NCBI GenBank assembly: GCA_963778545.1
Contig: CAVZUW010000007.1
Location: forward strand, 8,942-72,941
Direction: 5' to 3'
DNA length: 64,000 nucleotides
Origin: an uncultured Actinomycetes bacterium
GTDB taxonomy: Bacteria > Actinomycetota > UBA4738 > HRBIN12
The notes below the pieces were generated by a model that worked only from the letters and a program-made list of their open reading frames with translations, was not told the origin of the DNA and made no database searches. Position numbers and translations under genes: made by a program. This document shows, in pieces, positions 33,457 through 42,101 of the stretch; positions within the stretch are counted from its first letter, which is position 1, and the number at the start of each line of letters is the position of its first letter.

Positions 33457-35553
33457 ATGACGACGTGGACCGCTCGCAGGCTGGCCTGGTCCGTCGGGAT
33501 CGGCTCGATCGCGCTGATGATCGCCGCGCTCGTGCTGATGTTCGTCGATCGCGGGAGCGATCTGCCGGACAACGTCGGCATCTGGAGCGCCGCCGACGTC
33601 GTCGACGTGCTCGTGAACCTCGGCGTGCCGATCCTCGGCATCGTGATCGTGAACAAGCGTCCGCGGAACGCGATCGGCTGGATCTTCATCGTTGCGGGGG
33701 CCGCGCTCGCGCTCGCGGGCTTCGGGCAGGCGTACGCGCTCCACGTCCTCGTCGCCGATCCAGGGACCCTGCCGGCCGGGCGGGCGCTGGCCTGGCTCAG
33801 CAACGTCTTGTGGCCGATCCCGATCGTCGGTCTCACCCTGTTGTTCCTCCTGTTCCCGACCGGACACCTCCCGTCTCCGCGATGGCGTCCCGTCGTCTGG
33901 CTCGTCGGGGTCATCCTCGCCCTGCTCACGATCGCCTCCTTGATCCTCGCGACGGCGGGTTGGTCGGACCCGTTCGAGGGCATCAACGTGGGCGCCGGAT
34001 CCGTCGGCGACGTCGCCCGAGTCGCGATCGTGATCGCCGTGTTCGGGGAGATCGTCGCGTTGGGGTTGGCGGTCGCATCGCTCGTCGTGCGCTACCGGCG
34101 CTCCGTCGGCGTCGAACGGCTCCAGCTGAAGTGGTTCGTCTCGGCCGCCGCCGTCGCCGCCGTGGCGTTCAGCGTCGGCTTCTTCTTCGACTCCGCCGTC
34201 GTCTCGGCGATCGTCTCGGTCTCGCTGCTGTTCCTGTATGTCGCGATCGGGATCGCGATGGTGAAGCACAACCTCTACGACATCGACGTCATCATCAACA
34301 AGACGATCACCTACGGGGCGCTCGCGGCGTTCATCACCGCGATCTACGTGATCGTGGTGGTCGTGATCGGCGCGGTCATCGGGGTCACCGAGGGGGTCTC
34401 GCTGGTCGCGACCGCGGTCGTCGCGGTGGCGTTCCAGCCGATCCGGCGGCGAGCGCAACAGATCGCCAACCGGCTCGTCTACGGGGAGCGCGCGACGCCC
34501 TACGAGGTCCTGTCCCGGTTCTCCGAGCACGTCGGCGAGACCTATTCCGGCGAGGACATCCTCGTCCGGATGGCGCGGCTCCTCGCGGAGGGGACCGGCG
34601 CCACGTCGGCCGTCGTCTGGCTGCGGGTGGGCGACGAGGTCCGCCCGGCCGCGGTGTGGCCGACGAACGGAGGGATGGCCACCGCGATCCCTCTCGCACG
34701 TGGCGAGCCGCCCGAGGTCGAGGGCGTGACCGCGGCGGTGCCCGTCCGCCATCAACGAGAGCTCCTCGGTCTGCTCACCGTCACGAAGCCGCCCAACGAG
34801 CCCCTGTCCTCCGTCGAGGACAAGCTCGTGGCCGACCTGGCCGCGCAGGCGGGGCTCGTGCTCGCGAACTCGAAGCTGATCGAGGATCTCCGCGCCTCAC
34901 GCCAGCGGCTGGTCGCGGCACAGGACGAGGAGCGACGACGCCTCGAGCGGAACCTGCACGACGGGGCGCAGCAGCAGCTCGTCGCCTTGGCCGTTCGGTT
35001 ACGGCTCGCCCGGGCGACCGCGTCGAAGGACGTCGTGGAGGCGGAGCGGATGCTCGAGCAGCTCGAGGGCGATGTGACCGACGCGCTCGAGAACCTCCGC
35101 GAGCTCGCACGTGGCGTCTACCCGCCGCTCCTGGCCGACCAGGGACTGACGGCCGCGATCGACGCGCAGTCGCGACGCTCGCCCATCCCGGTGCGCGTCG
35201 AGGCGGACGGGATCGATCGCTACCCGCAGGAGGTGGAGACGGCCGTCTACTTCTGCACGCTCGAGGCCCTGCAGAACGCCGCGAAGTACGCGGAGGCCGG
35301 CGAGATCACCGTGCGTCTGGTCGAGGACGACGACGAGCTCGTGCTCTCGGTCCGCGACGACGGCCGAGGGTTCGACCCCGCCGCCACCCCGCTCGGCGCC
35401 GGCCTCCAGAACATGGCGGATCGCCTGGCCGCGCTCGGCGGCACGTTGATCGTCCGGTCCCGCGCCGGCGGCGGCACGACGATCGAGGGGCGCATCCCCG
35501 TCAGCCGCCACCTGGTCGCGTCGGAGACTGCAGCCGGCGAGACGCCGGCGTAG
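33457..35553 (+). CDS. multi-TM sensor histidine kinase (GAF-like region, HisKA_3 plus HATPase_c), no cognate response regulator adjacent
   Basis: 698 aa with about 9 hydrophobic helices. HisKA_3 box LVAAQDEERRRLERNLHDGAQQQLVAL, then ATP-binding TLEALQNAAKYA...DDGRGFD...GAGLQNMADRLAALGG. Confidence 0.85.
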   Translation: MTTWTARRLAWSVGIGSIALMIAALVLMFVDRGSDLPDNVGIWSAADVVDVLVNLGVPILGIVIVNKRPRNAIGWIFIVAGAALALAGFGQAYALHVLVADPGTLPAGRALAWLSNVLWPIPIVGLTLLFLLFPTGHLPSPRWRPVVWLVGVILALLTIASLILATAGWSDPFEGINVGAGSVGDVARVAIVIAVFGEIVALGLAVASLVVRYRRSVGVERLQLKWFVSAAAVAAVAFSVGFFFDSAVVSAIVSVSLLFLYVAIGIAMVKHNLYDIDVIINKTITYGALAAFITAIYVIVVVVIGAVIGVTEGVSLVATAVVAVAFQPIRRRAQQIANRLVYGERATPYEVLSRFSEHVGETYSGEDILVRMARLLAEGTGATSAVVWLRVGDEVRPAAVWPTNGGMATAIPLARGEPPEVEGVTAAVPVRHQRELLGLLTVTKPPNEPLSSVEDKLVADLAAQAGLVLANSKLIEDLRASRQRLVAAQDEERRRLERNLHDGAQQQLVALAVRLRLARATASKDVVEAERMLEQLEGDVTDALENLRELARGVYPPLLADQGLTAAIDAQSRRSPIPVRVEADGIDRYPQEVETAVYFCTLEALQNAAKYAEAGEITVRLVEDDDELVLSVRDDGRGFDPAATPLGAGLQNMADRLAALGGTLIVRSRAGGGTTIEGRIPVSRHLVASETAAGETPA

Positions 35554-35632
35554 GTTTCAGAGGGATCATGCGCGCTGTGATGACCACAGACGGCGGCGTA
35601 GAGTCGGGCTCGGCCTGTCACAGGGAAGGAGA

Positions 35633-35914
35633 GTGGTCATGCGCGAGGATCCCAACAACACCGGCTCCCAGGCTCAAGCAGGTGGGCTCGGGGCTGGCGC
35701 CATCGCCTCGCTTACCGGAGTGGGCTTGCTGCTCATCTTCATGCTCCAGAACACCGAGAGCGTCCGGCTCGATTTCCTGTTCTGGGGCTTCACCTGGCCG
35801 CTCTGGTTGCTGACGCTGGCCTCCGCGCTCCTCGGGGCATTGGTCTGGTTCGGGGTGGGTGTCATGCGCCGTCACCGACGCCGCAAGGAGCGCCGCCAAG
35901 ACAGAAGAGGCTGA
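35633..35914 (+). CDS. LapA/DUF1049-like small inner-membrane protein
   Basis: 93 aa with two TM helices: ...LLLIFMLQNTESVRLDFLFWGFTWPLWLLTLASALLGALVWFGVGVMRRHRRRKE. Confidence 0.5.
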   Translation: MVMREDPNNTGSQAQAGGLGAGAIASLTGVGLLLIFMLQNTESVRLDFLFWGFTWPLWLLTLASALLGALVWFGVGVMRRHRRRKERRQDRRG

Positions 35915-36273
35915 GACGGGCAAGCACGCCGCTCTTTTCGGCGGCGGCTGGTCTTCACGCTCAACGGCCGAAGAGCCGCCTCCACAGAGAAGGCCGCTTC
36001 TGGCCCCCGAGGGCTTCGTCTTCCCGGCTTCGTTGTTCAGCGATCCGGTCGAGGTCGTGCTGCGTGTGGTCTTCGGGTGGCGGGCCAGAGGGCCAAAAGA
36101 GCGACATGTGTTGAGGGCGGGGGTACTCGGGGTTCGTGCCGCGATCCGTACTCACGCCCGCCATTATGCGCTGTGCGAGCGGCGCACGGGGAGCCGGCCG
36201 TAGGCCGCACCGTGAGATCCACCTCGACCCGCGTGTGTCATGCTCATGCTGACATCTCCAAGAGGGGACCAGG

Positions 36274-36387
36274 ATGTTCGTGTCGATGCTGGGGTATGTC
36301 GCGGGGACGCTCATCGCGGTCGGCCTCGTCGTCATGGCCGTGGTGCTGCTCGGGTATTTCGTCTACTTCTTCTTCATCAAGAAGTAG
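36274..36387 (+). CDS. 37-aa hydrophobic micro-peptide
   Basis: Not in the track (<60 aa). ATG 36274 follows AGAGGGGA. It reads MFVSMLGYVAGTLIAVGLVVMAVVLLGYFVYFFFIKK, with TAG at 36385-36387. Confidence 0.3.
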   Translation: MFVSMLGYVAGTLIAVGLVVMAVVLLGYFVYFFFIKK

Positions 36388-36427
36388 TTCATGACCCCGC
36401 CTTCCCAGTGTCCGTGCGGGGATAACC

Positions 36428-36718
36428 CTAAGCGGGCGAAACGGTTGTCGCGTTCCGAAGCCTCGACATCCTTGAAAGGGCGTCGGCAACGATCGGACCC
36501 CTCCGCGGAACTCCGTGTGAGCTCGTGATGTCTCGCAGCGGAACCCGGACGAGCACCCCGGAGCGCGTCAGCACCATGTACGTCTGCGCTTCGTCGTCGA
36601 AGTAGGCGAGCCGGCCCACGACGGTCCGAGCGTATCCACCGGGCGACTCGACCTCGAACGAGCGCTCGAGGGATCGTGACTCGGTTGAGGTGCGGGCCGT
36701 ATCCATGAGGGTGGTCAC
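36428..36718 (-). CDS. small hypothetical protein, tandem paralogue 2 (N-terminal VTTLMDTAR)
   Basis: GTG 36718 overlaps the upstream gene's stop (GTGA): VTTLMDTARTSTESRSLERSFEVESPGGYARTVVGRLAYFDDEAQTYMVLTRSGVLVRVPLRDI... Confidence 0.4.
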   Translation of the reverse strand: MTTLMDTARTSTESRSLERSFEVESPGGYARTVVGRLAYFDDEAQTYMVLTRSGVLVRVPLRDITSSHGVPRRGPIVADALSRMSRLRNATTVSPA

Positions 36719-36915
36719 GCTGCTTCGCTCCAGAGGGACTGCCCACGACCCATCGCCAATCGATCCCACTGCGTGCTGCGGGATCGGTCCTGGAGCGAGC
36801 GCTCAGAGGATGGGATCTCGGAACCGTCGTCCCACGAGGGATCCAACGGGGACACCGGCCTGACCGGCGATCTCTCTGGGGCTTGGATGCGGACCGTATC
36901 CGTGAGGGTGGTCAT
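36715..36915 (-). CDS. small hypothetical protein, tandem paralogue 1 (N-terminal MTTLTDTVR)
   Basis: ATG 36915 follows GAGGAGG: MTTLTDTVRIQAPERSPVRPVSPLDPSWDDGSEIPSSERSLQ... About 30 nt around both starts are near-identical (ccgtatccatgagggtggtcac vs ccgtatccgtgagggtggtcat). Confidence 0.4.
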   Translation of the reverse strand: MTTLTDTVRIQAPERSPVRPVSPLDPSWDDGSEIPSSERSLQDRSRSTQWDRLAMGRGQSLWSEAA

Positions 36916-37231
36916 CGTGCCTCCTCGGTTCGAGGGGCTGCCCACGGCCTCTTCGCAAACGGTCCCGATGGATGGGTGCTTCCTAGCCATTCTCTCACTT
37001 CGGGATAGGGACACGACGGCCACTGGGCGCCGCACGGCGCGATGCGGCACGGTTGCGGCATGCGGGGTTCATCCGTGCCGCGAGGGCGTTCGGACTCGTC
37101 TGCGGACGCAGAGATCAGACCAGCTGGTCCGGCTCACTTCCGCGAAGGCGCAAGCTCGACTGATGGGTGACCGAACGTGAGCGTCAGTCGGTCGGTGAGC
37201 CGCACGACACGGCATGAGGCGCTATCGATTC

Positions 37232-37594
37232 TCAGTCGCCTCCTCGTTCTGCCCAAGTTTGGGCGTCAGCGAGCGTCTCGAACATTGGTATCTGGTCCGC
37301 CATGCCGACGACGTCGAATGCCCGCCGGGGCTGGGACCCCGAGGGAACTACGACCCCGAAGATCTGCCCGTGCTCCTTCAGTTGCCGCGCGAGGACGAAG
37401 AGTAGGTTCATTCCTGCGCTATCGGCGTAGGAGACGCTCGTCAAGTCGACGATCAGTGCGCGGTCCTCATTGGTCGCTCCTTGCGCGATCTCGTCCCTGA
37501 GGTCTTCCGCGTTTGACATGTCGATCTCGCCCGATACCTCGGCGAGCACGACCCCATGACTCCGTCCGAGGGAAAGGGATGCGAGTTCCCTCAT
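37232..37594 (-). CDS. STAS-domain anti-sigma-factor antagonist (SpoIIAA/RsbV-like)
   Basis: 120 aa: VVLAEVSGEIDMSNAEDLRDEI...LIVDLTSVSYADSAGMNLL (conserved phospho-serine context DSAG). Its start overlaps the upstream gene's stop (ATGA). Confidence 0.8.
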   Translation of the reverse strand: MRELASLSLGRSHGVVLAEVSGEIDMSNAEDLRDEIAQGATNEDRALIVDLTSVSYADSAGMNLLFVLARQLKEHGQIFGVVVPSGSQPRRAFDVVGMADQIPMFETLADAQTWAERGGD

Positions 37595-39190
37595 CGCGAC
37601 GGCAGCTTCCGGTACATCGTCACCGTCGTACCGCCATCAGATGTCTCGTGTACGACTGAGTCCATCAGAGCGCGACATGAGCCTACTACCCCTTCCGCGA
37701 CCGGAGCTACGTTTCCGCCAATGGCCGCCGTCTCGTACGACGACCTTGAGCGTGTTCCCTTCACGACTGGCGAGTAGATCCATCCAGCCCCCCTGCGGTC
37801 CGTAAGCATGCTCAATCGAGTTCGCAACTGCTTCTCCAGCCGCTGTGACCACGTCGTCACGGAGCCGCCCTCCCACCTCTAGGTCTGAGAGCCATCGTTC
37901 AAGGCTCCTGCGAACGATCACGAGTGCTGCTGTGTCGGCTGCCATCTGAAGATGGACGCTGGTAGACGGTGGTTCCAACTCGACAAGAAGGAGCGCGATG
38001 TCGTCCGTCGCCTCGGAGCCATCGAGAAGGGAACCGATCAGCGAGTCGAGGGCGGCAGCCGGGCTCGGCGCTGCTCCGACAAGGTAAGACTCGCCCCGCA
38101 GACGTGCGAGGCCCGCGGACAGCGATTCGTCGCGGCGCTCGATAAGGCCGTCCGTATACAGGAGGAGAGCCTGGGCACGAGCCAGCGACACCACATGGGT
38201 CCGAAATCTATGGCGTCGACTGGTTCCAAGCGGCGGATCAGCCCTGCCGTCGTCCGCGAAGAACGGGTCTCCGGACTTGAGGACTAGCGGCGGGACATGA
38301 CCGGCGGAAACGAACCGGAACTCGGAAAACTTCGGATCGACGATCCCAAAGAGCAGGGTGACCATGCCGGCGACGTCGAGGGCATCCATCAACCGGTCTA
38401 GGCGAGCCACGACGTCGGCTGGGTCAGCCTCCTCGATCGCACACGCCCGAAGCGCGTTTCTGAGTCGACCCATGGCAGCAGCCGCCTCAACGCCGTGGCC
38501 GGCTACATCGCCCATCGCAAGTGCGACGGCACCCGACCGCAACGCAAGCACGTCGTACCAGTCGCCACCTATGCCCGCGGCGGGCTGGTACTTCGAGGTA
38601 AGGCGCAGACCAGGTACGCGAGGCATGGTCACCGGAAGGAATGTCTGCTGGAGCGCCTCCGTCAATCGCCGCTCGTGCTCGTAGAGCCGCACGCTCAAGC
38701 CAAGAGCGACCCGCTCGGCCACCATCTGCAGAAGCTGCACGTCGGGCTCAGTAAACCTTCGATACGTAAGCGAACCAACATGCAACACTCCGAGTACCTG
38801 GCCGCGAACGAGCAGCGGCACTCCCAGCAACGAGATGATCCCCTTCTCACGAAGGATGGGGTTCATCACGTTTTGGTGGTCGACCCGCTCGATCACCACT
38901 GGTGCGCGCTCAAATGCGATCTTTCCGGCGAACCCCTGTCCTACGGGGATCCTGACTCCCGACTCGACTTCTTCTTCAATCCCCTTGGCAGCAGTAGCGA
39001 CGAGTTCGTTTGTGCGCTCATCCAGCAGGAGTACGGCTGCGGTATCCGCCCCGAGAACTTCACGGACGCGAATCAAGAGCTCATCCAGCAAGTCCTCCGG
39101 TGACAGATGGGCAAGGGCGACGTCGGAGACGTGGAGCAGCCGACGGAGTTGTTCCGCCGAATCCGCGATCCCTAGATTCGTCGACTGCAT
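37591..39190 (-). CDS. GAF - PP2C(SpoIIE) phosphatase - HATPase_c (RsbW-like kinase) fusion, one frame change near ~37690
   Basis: ATG 39190 follows AGGAGG.
- GAF: VLGADTAAVLLLDERTNELV...GFAGKI...ISLLGVPLLVRGQVLGVLHVGS
- PP2C: GGDWYDVL...AMGDVAGHGVEAAAAMG...LLYTDGLIE
- Kinase-like tail: AAGEAVANSIEHAY... completed in ORF 37591..37860. Confidence 0.8.
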
Positions 39191-39357
39191 TCGTCCTCCT
39201 GGCTGACGGCCGGGAGTGACGATCCTGGCTGTCGACCCGGTCCACCCATTTCGTCCCCTCCGGAGAGGCTTCTGACACCTGACAACGGCGGCTCGTGAAG
39301 GCACCCGTTTTCGTTCAGGCTGGGTGACCGGACGTGTGGGTCGAGTGAGGTAGGAGA

Positions 39358-39762
39358 GTGTCGAACGAGGTTCAAGCCGAGACCCCTCGGGTATCACATC
39401 TCTCGTGGAGAAACATGCAACCGAAACGAGCCAGCGTGGGCTTGGAACCTGAGAGCCCTTCCCAGGCCCGGATGCACAAGCGGCTCGGCGCCCGGTTGCC
39501 CCTCGGTGGAGTCCTGGGGGCGATCGCTGGTGCCATGGTCGGAGCCCTGGTCGGACTCCTCTTCTTCGATCGCTCAGCAGCCATCCTGGCGTCGGTCCTC
39601 GCATTGGCGGTCTTTGGTTTGGGCGTAGGCATGCTGATTGCCGGCTACTCGAGCCTTGAATCGCCTGATCCTGGTGCTGAGCCCTCTGACACGGCGAGGC
39701 CCGTCTCAGATCGCCCGGAGGCTGTGAGAGAAGAACACCCTGATCCTCCGGTCGCCAACTAG
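39358..39762 (+). CDS. glycine-zipper membrane protein (start uncertain)
   Basis: GGVLGAIAGAMVGALVGLLFF...ASVLALAVFGLGVGMLIAGY. Internal ATGs (MQPKRAS, MHKRLG) are possible true starts. Confidence 0.45.
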   Translation: MSNEVQAETPRVSHLSWRNMQPKRASVGLEPESPSQARMHKRLGARLPLGGVLGAIAGAMVGALVGLLFFDRSAAILASVLALAVFGLGVGMLIAGYSSLESPDPGAEPSDTARPVSDRPEAVREEHPDPPVAN

Positions 39763-39975
39763 ATGGTCGAGGACGAAACCGTTGGAAGCTGCGGCCGTCA
39801 GTCGAGCTCAGCCTGACGCCGAGGAGCTCGGCGTCGTTGACCACGCGAGGGAGCTTCCGGCGCTTCACTCTGAAGTATCCGGCAGTGGCCCGCGTCGGCA
39901 CGTCATGCGCGGATGGGCGGTCGACCCCTCAGACGAATAGGCCAGTCAGCTTTGGGAAAGAGAGGCAAAGAGCGC

Positions 39976-40001
39976 AGTCGATCCGTGAAGTCGATCCGTG
40001 A
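39976..40001 (+). promoter_or_regulatory. perfect 13-bp tandem duplication (agtcgatccgtga x2) immediately upstream of the SD of the histone-like gene
   Basis: 39976-39988 and 39989-40001 are identical. AGGAGG follows at 40003-40008 and the ATG at 40015. Confidence 0.3.
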
Positions 40002-40014
40002 CAGGAGGACGAAA

Positions 40015-40668
40015 ATGCCGGAACGGAAGAGCGTGACCAACAAGGTGGTTGGGGCGGGAAAGAAAGTGCTTGCGACCGACGCAGCGCAAGGCGTGATCGG
40101 TGCCGTCGCCGACAAGATGGAGGAGATCGCTATCGACAAGGCCGATGATGCTGCCGAAATCGTCAAAGAGAAGGCCGCAAAGGCTGGCGGCCGCAGGCCC
40201 AGCTCGAGGAGGTCAGTCCCTCGGAAGGCCGGTGCCAGGAAGACCGGTGCCCGCAAGACCACCGCTTCGAAGGCCACCACTCGGAAAGCCGGTGCCAGGA
40301 AGACCGGTGCCCGCAAGACCACTGCTCGGAAGTCCACCACGCGGAAGGCCGGTGCTCGAAAGTCCACTACGCGGAAGGCCGGTGCTCGGAAGACCGGTGC
40401 TCGGAAGACCGGTGCTCGGAAGACCGGTGCTCGGAAGACCGGTGCTCGGAAGACCGGTGCTCGGAAGACCGGTGCTCGGAAGAGTGGTGCTCCGAGGACC
40501 GCTGCTCGCAAGGCCGGTGCTCGGAAGTCCACCACTCGGAAGACCGGTGCTCGGAAGTCCACCACTCGGAAGACCGGTGCCAGGAAGGCCGGTGCCAGGA
40601 AGACAAGCGCCAGCAAGACAAGCGCCAGGACGGGTTCCAGGAAGCCAAGGGCCCGGAAGCGTTCGTAG
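40015..40668 (+). CDS. histone-H1-like / basic repeat (TGARK)n protein
   Basis: ATG 40015 of ORF 39913..40668: MPERKSVTNKVVGAGKKVLATDAAQGVIGAVADKMEE... The tail carries more than 20 pentapeptide repeats: KAGARKTGARKTTARKSTTRKAGARK... Confidence 0.65.
   Translation: MPERKSVTNKVVGAGKKVLATDAAQGVIGAVADKMEEIAIDKADDAAEIVKEKAAKAGGRRPSSRRSVPRKAGARKTGARKTTASKATTRKAGARKTGARKTTARKSTTRKAGARKSTTRKAGARKTGARKTGARKTGARKTGARKTGARKTGARKSGAPRTAARKAGARKSTTRKTGARKSTTRKTGARKAGARKTSASKTSARTGSRKPRARKRS
40190..40650 (+). repeat. compound 15-nt-periodic tandem repeat (coding)
   Basis: Six perfect copies of ggtgctcggaagacc run from 40381 to 40470. Degenerate 15-, 30- and 45-nt units flank them (e.g. ggtgccaggaagaccggtgcccgcaagaccac occurs twice). 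Confidence 0.9.
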
Positions 40669-40670
40669 TC

Positions 40671-41264
40671 ATGACCGGGTACGTCAAGTCCCTTTGGGTC
40701 TCCATCCAGGGGGATCCGGTATTTATGCAACGGGTGAACGGGTGGCTCACGATCTTCTGGATCGCGATGATTCCGATCTCGATCGCAACGGGATGGATCA
40801 ACAGCGTCGCGTACGTGGCTTCGCTCTCGCTGTGGGCTCTCGTGTCAGGTCACTGGTCGGCCTGGCAGGCTGCCCGGGTGGAGGTCGCCCAGAAGAAGCA
40901 AGAGGAGCGGAGGGCGGCCGAGGACATGGCTGGCGAGATCGTGGAGCGGGTCGTGGAAGAGACCACCGTGGGTGGAGAAGCAGGGGTAGGCGGGGAGCAT
41001 CACGACTGCCAGCCGCCGAACGTGCAGTTTGCGAAGGACGAACTCCCGAAGCCGTGGAGGTGTCCGGACGGTCTGGGGAGATATCTGAGAGGCCGGAGGG
41101 TGACACCCGAGGGCTGGGCTGAGTGGATTCGGCTTGGCGAGCGAGGTGACGTAGCGAGCGCCGAACGCCCTCGGACCGTCGGCGTCCTCCGACCGGCTGT
41201 GCCTCTACGCGGGCAGGGATGGCGAAGGGATGCTTGTGCCAGGCCCATCCTTGGTTCCGCCTAG
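40671..41264 (+). CDS. membrane protein (3' extent uncertain)
   Basis: Its start overlaps the upstream stop. The N-terminal 70 aa hold two TM helices (WLTIFWIAMIPISIATGWINSVAYVASLSLWALVSGHW). The C-terminal half is low-complexity and runs into repeat R1a. Confidence 0.4.
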   Translation: MTGYVKSLWVSIQGDPVFMQRVNGWLTIFWIAMIPISIATGWINSVAYVASLSLWALVSGHWSAWQAARVEVAQKKQEERRAAEDMAGEIVERVVEETTVGGEAGVGGEHHDCQPPNVQFAKDELPKPWRCPDGLGRYLRGRRVTPEGWAEWIRLGERGDVASAERPRTVGVLRPAVPLRGQGWRRDACARPILGSA

Positions 41265-41364
41265 GACCGGGTACATGAAGTACGGCTGGTCCCGACGTCC
41301 GTCCACTCGGTTGGTCGGACCCAGCTAGGGAGCCCCGTGGCGGCACGCCGTTGCGGGGCTCCCT
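41246..41364 (+). repeat. R1a: ~120-nt structured intergenic repeat ending in a long GC hairpin
   Basis: catccttggttccgcctaggaccgggtacatgaagtacggctggtcccgacgtccgtccactcggttggtcggacccagctagggagccccgtggcggcacgccgttgcggggctccc. Hairpin gggagccccg...cggggctccc. The second copy is at 43430..43548. Confidence 0.85.
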
Positions 41365-41433
41365 CCTGTGCGCCGTCGTGGAACCAACTCGAACGAGCTC
41401 TGCGCGATCCGGTGGATACCCGCGATCAGGCTT

Positions 41434-41583
41434 CTAGGGCTCGTGTGATGCATCGGAGAGACCTTCGTCCGCGTGCGCATCCATCAGATGCTTCGAAAGT
41501 TCCTCCTGCGTTGGGAACACCTGCCCGCAGATGTGGCAGGTACCGGTCTCGCGGTCACCCTGCTGTGTTCCTCTCTCACTCAT
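41434..41583 (-). CDS. 49-aa classical C2H2 zinc-finger micro-protein
   Basis: Not in the track (<60 aa). MSERGTQQGDRETGTCHICGQVFPTQEELSKHLMDAHADEGLSDASHEP has C-x2-C-x12-H-x4-H spacing. Repeat R1a lies on its 3' side. Confidence 0.5.
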   Translation of the reverse strand: MSERGTQQGDRETGTCHICGQVFPTQEELSKHLMDAHADEGLSDASHEP

Positions 41584-41611
41584 CGGGTCCCCTTGCATAG
41601 ATAGACGGGCG

Positions 41612-42070
41612 CTACTTCGTTGCGGCCTGCTGCCTCATCAGAACTTCTTTGCGCGCCTTCATGGACTCGCCTAGCTGGGTGAGTTCGTCCTGGTCGAAGA
41701 CCTGCTTGGCCTGCTTGAACATCTCGCCCTCCTCTTCCTCGATGTGGTGTTCGAGGTTCTCCTTCATGACCGTGAACTTCGCGCCCCACTTCTCGTCGTC
41801 GTACGCGACGCCTTCGATCTCGGCCATGACGGTATCCACGACGTGGTGCTCCTCGTAGCCCTCGAGGGCGATCTCTTTGGTCTTCGGGTGCTCCTTGAGC
41901 GCCGGGTAGAAGATCTCTTCCTCGATCGCCTCATGGATCACCAGTTCCTTCTTGACCCTCGTGAACAGCTCCTCACGGGTCTTGACCCCCCGTTCGGTCG
42001 TCGACTCGAGCTCTGCGAGCATCCTCTTGACCTTCCGGTGGTCTTCCTTGAGCAGACTCATCGCGTCCAT
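41612..42070 (-). CDS. hemerythrin (HHE cation-binding) domain protein
   Basis: ATG 42070: MDAMSLLKEDHRKVKRMLAEL...LVIHEAIEEEIFYPAL...EEHHVVDTVMAEI...LEHHIEEEEGEMF. Confidence 0.8.
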   Translation of the reverse strand: MDAMSLLKEDHRKVKRMLAELESTTERGVKTREELFTRVKKELVIHEAIEEEIFYPALKEHPKTKEIALEGYEEHHVVDTVMAEIEGVAYDDEKWGAKFTVMKENLEHHIEEEEGEMFKQAKQVFDQDELTQLGESMKARKEVLMRQQAATK

Positions 42071-42101
42071 CGTCTTCTCCTCGCTCCAGGGGCGGCCTCG
42101 A

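Noticed and set aside
39903-40730. 275-aa minus-strand ORF, and the 40100..41122 and 40367..40801 ORFs.
   Set aside because: These are alternative frames or the antisense of the 15-nt tandem repeat. The plus-frame TGARK protein has an SD, a non-repetitive N-terminal domain and a family-like basic tail.
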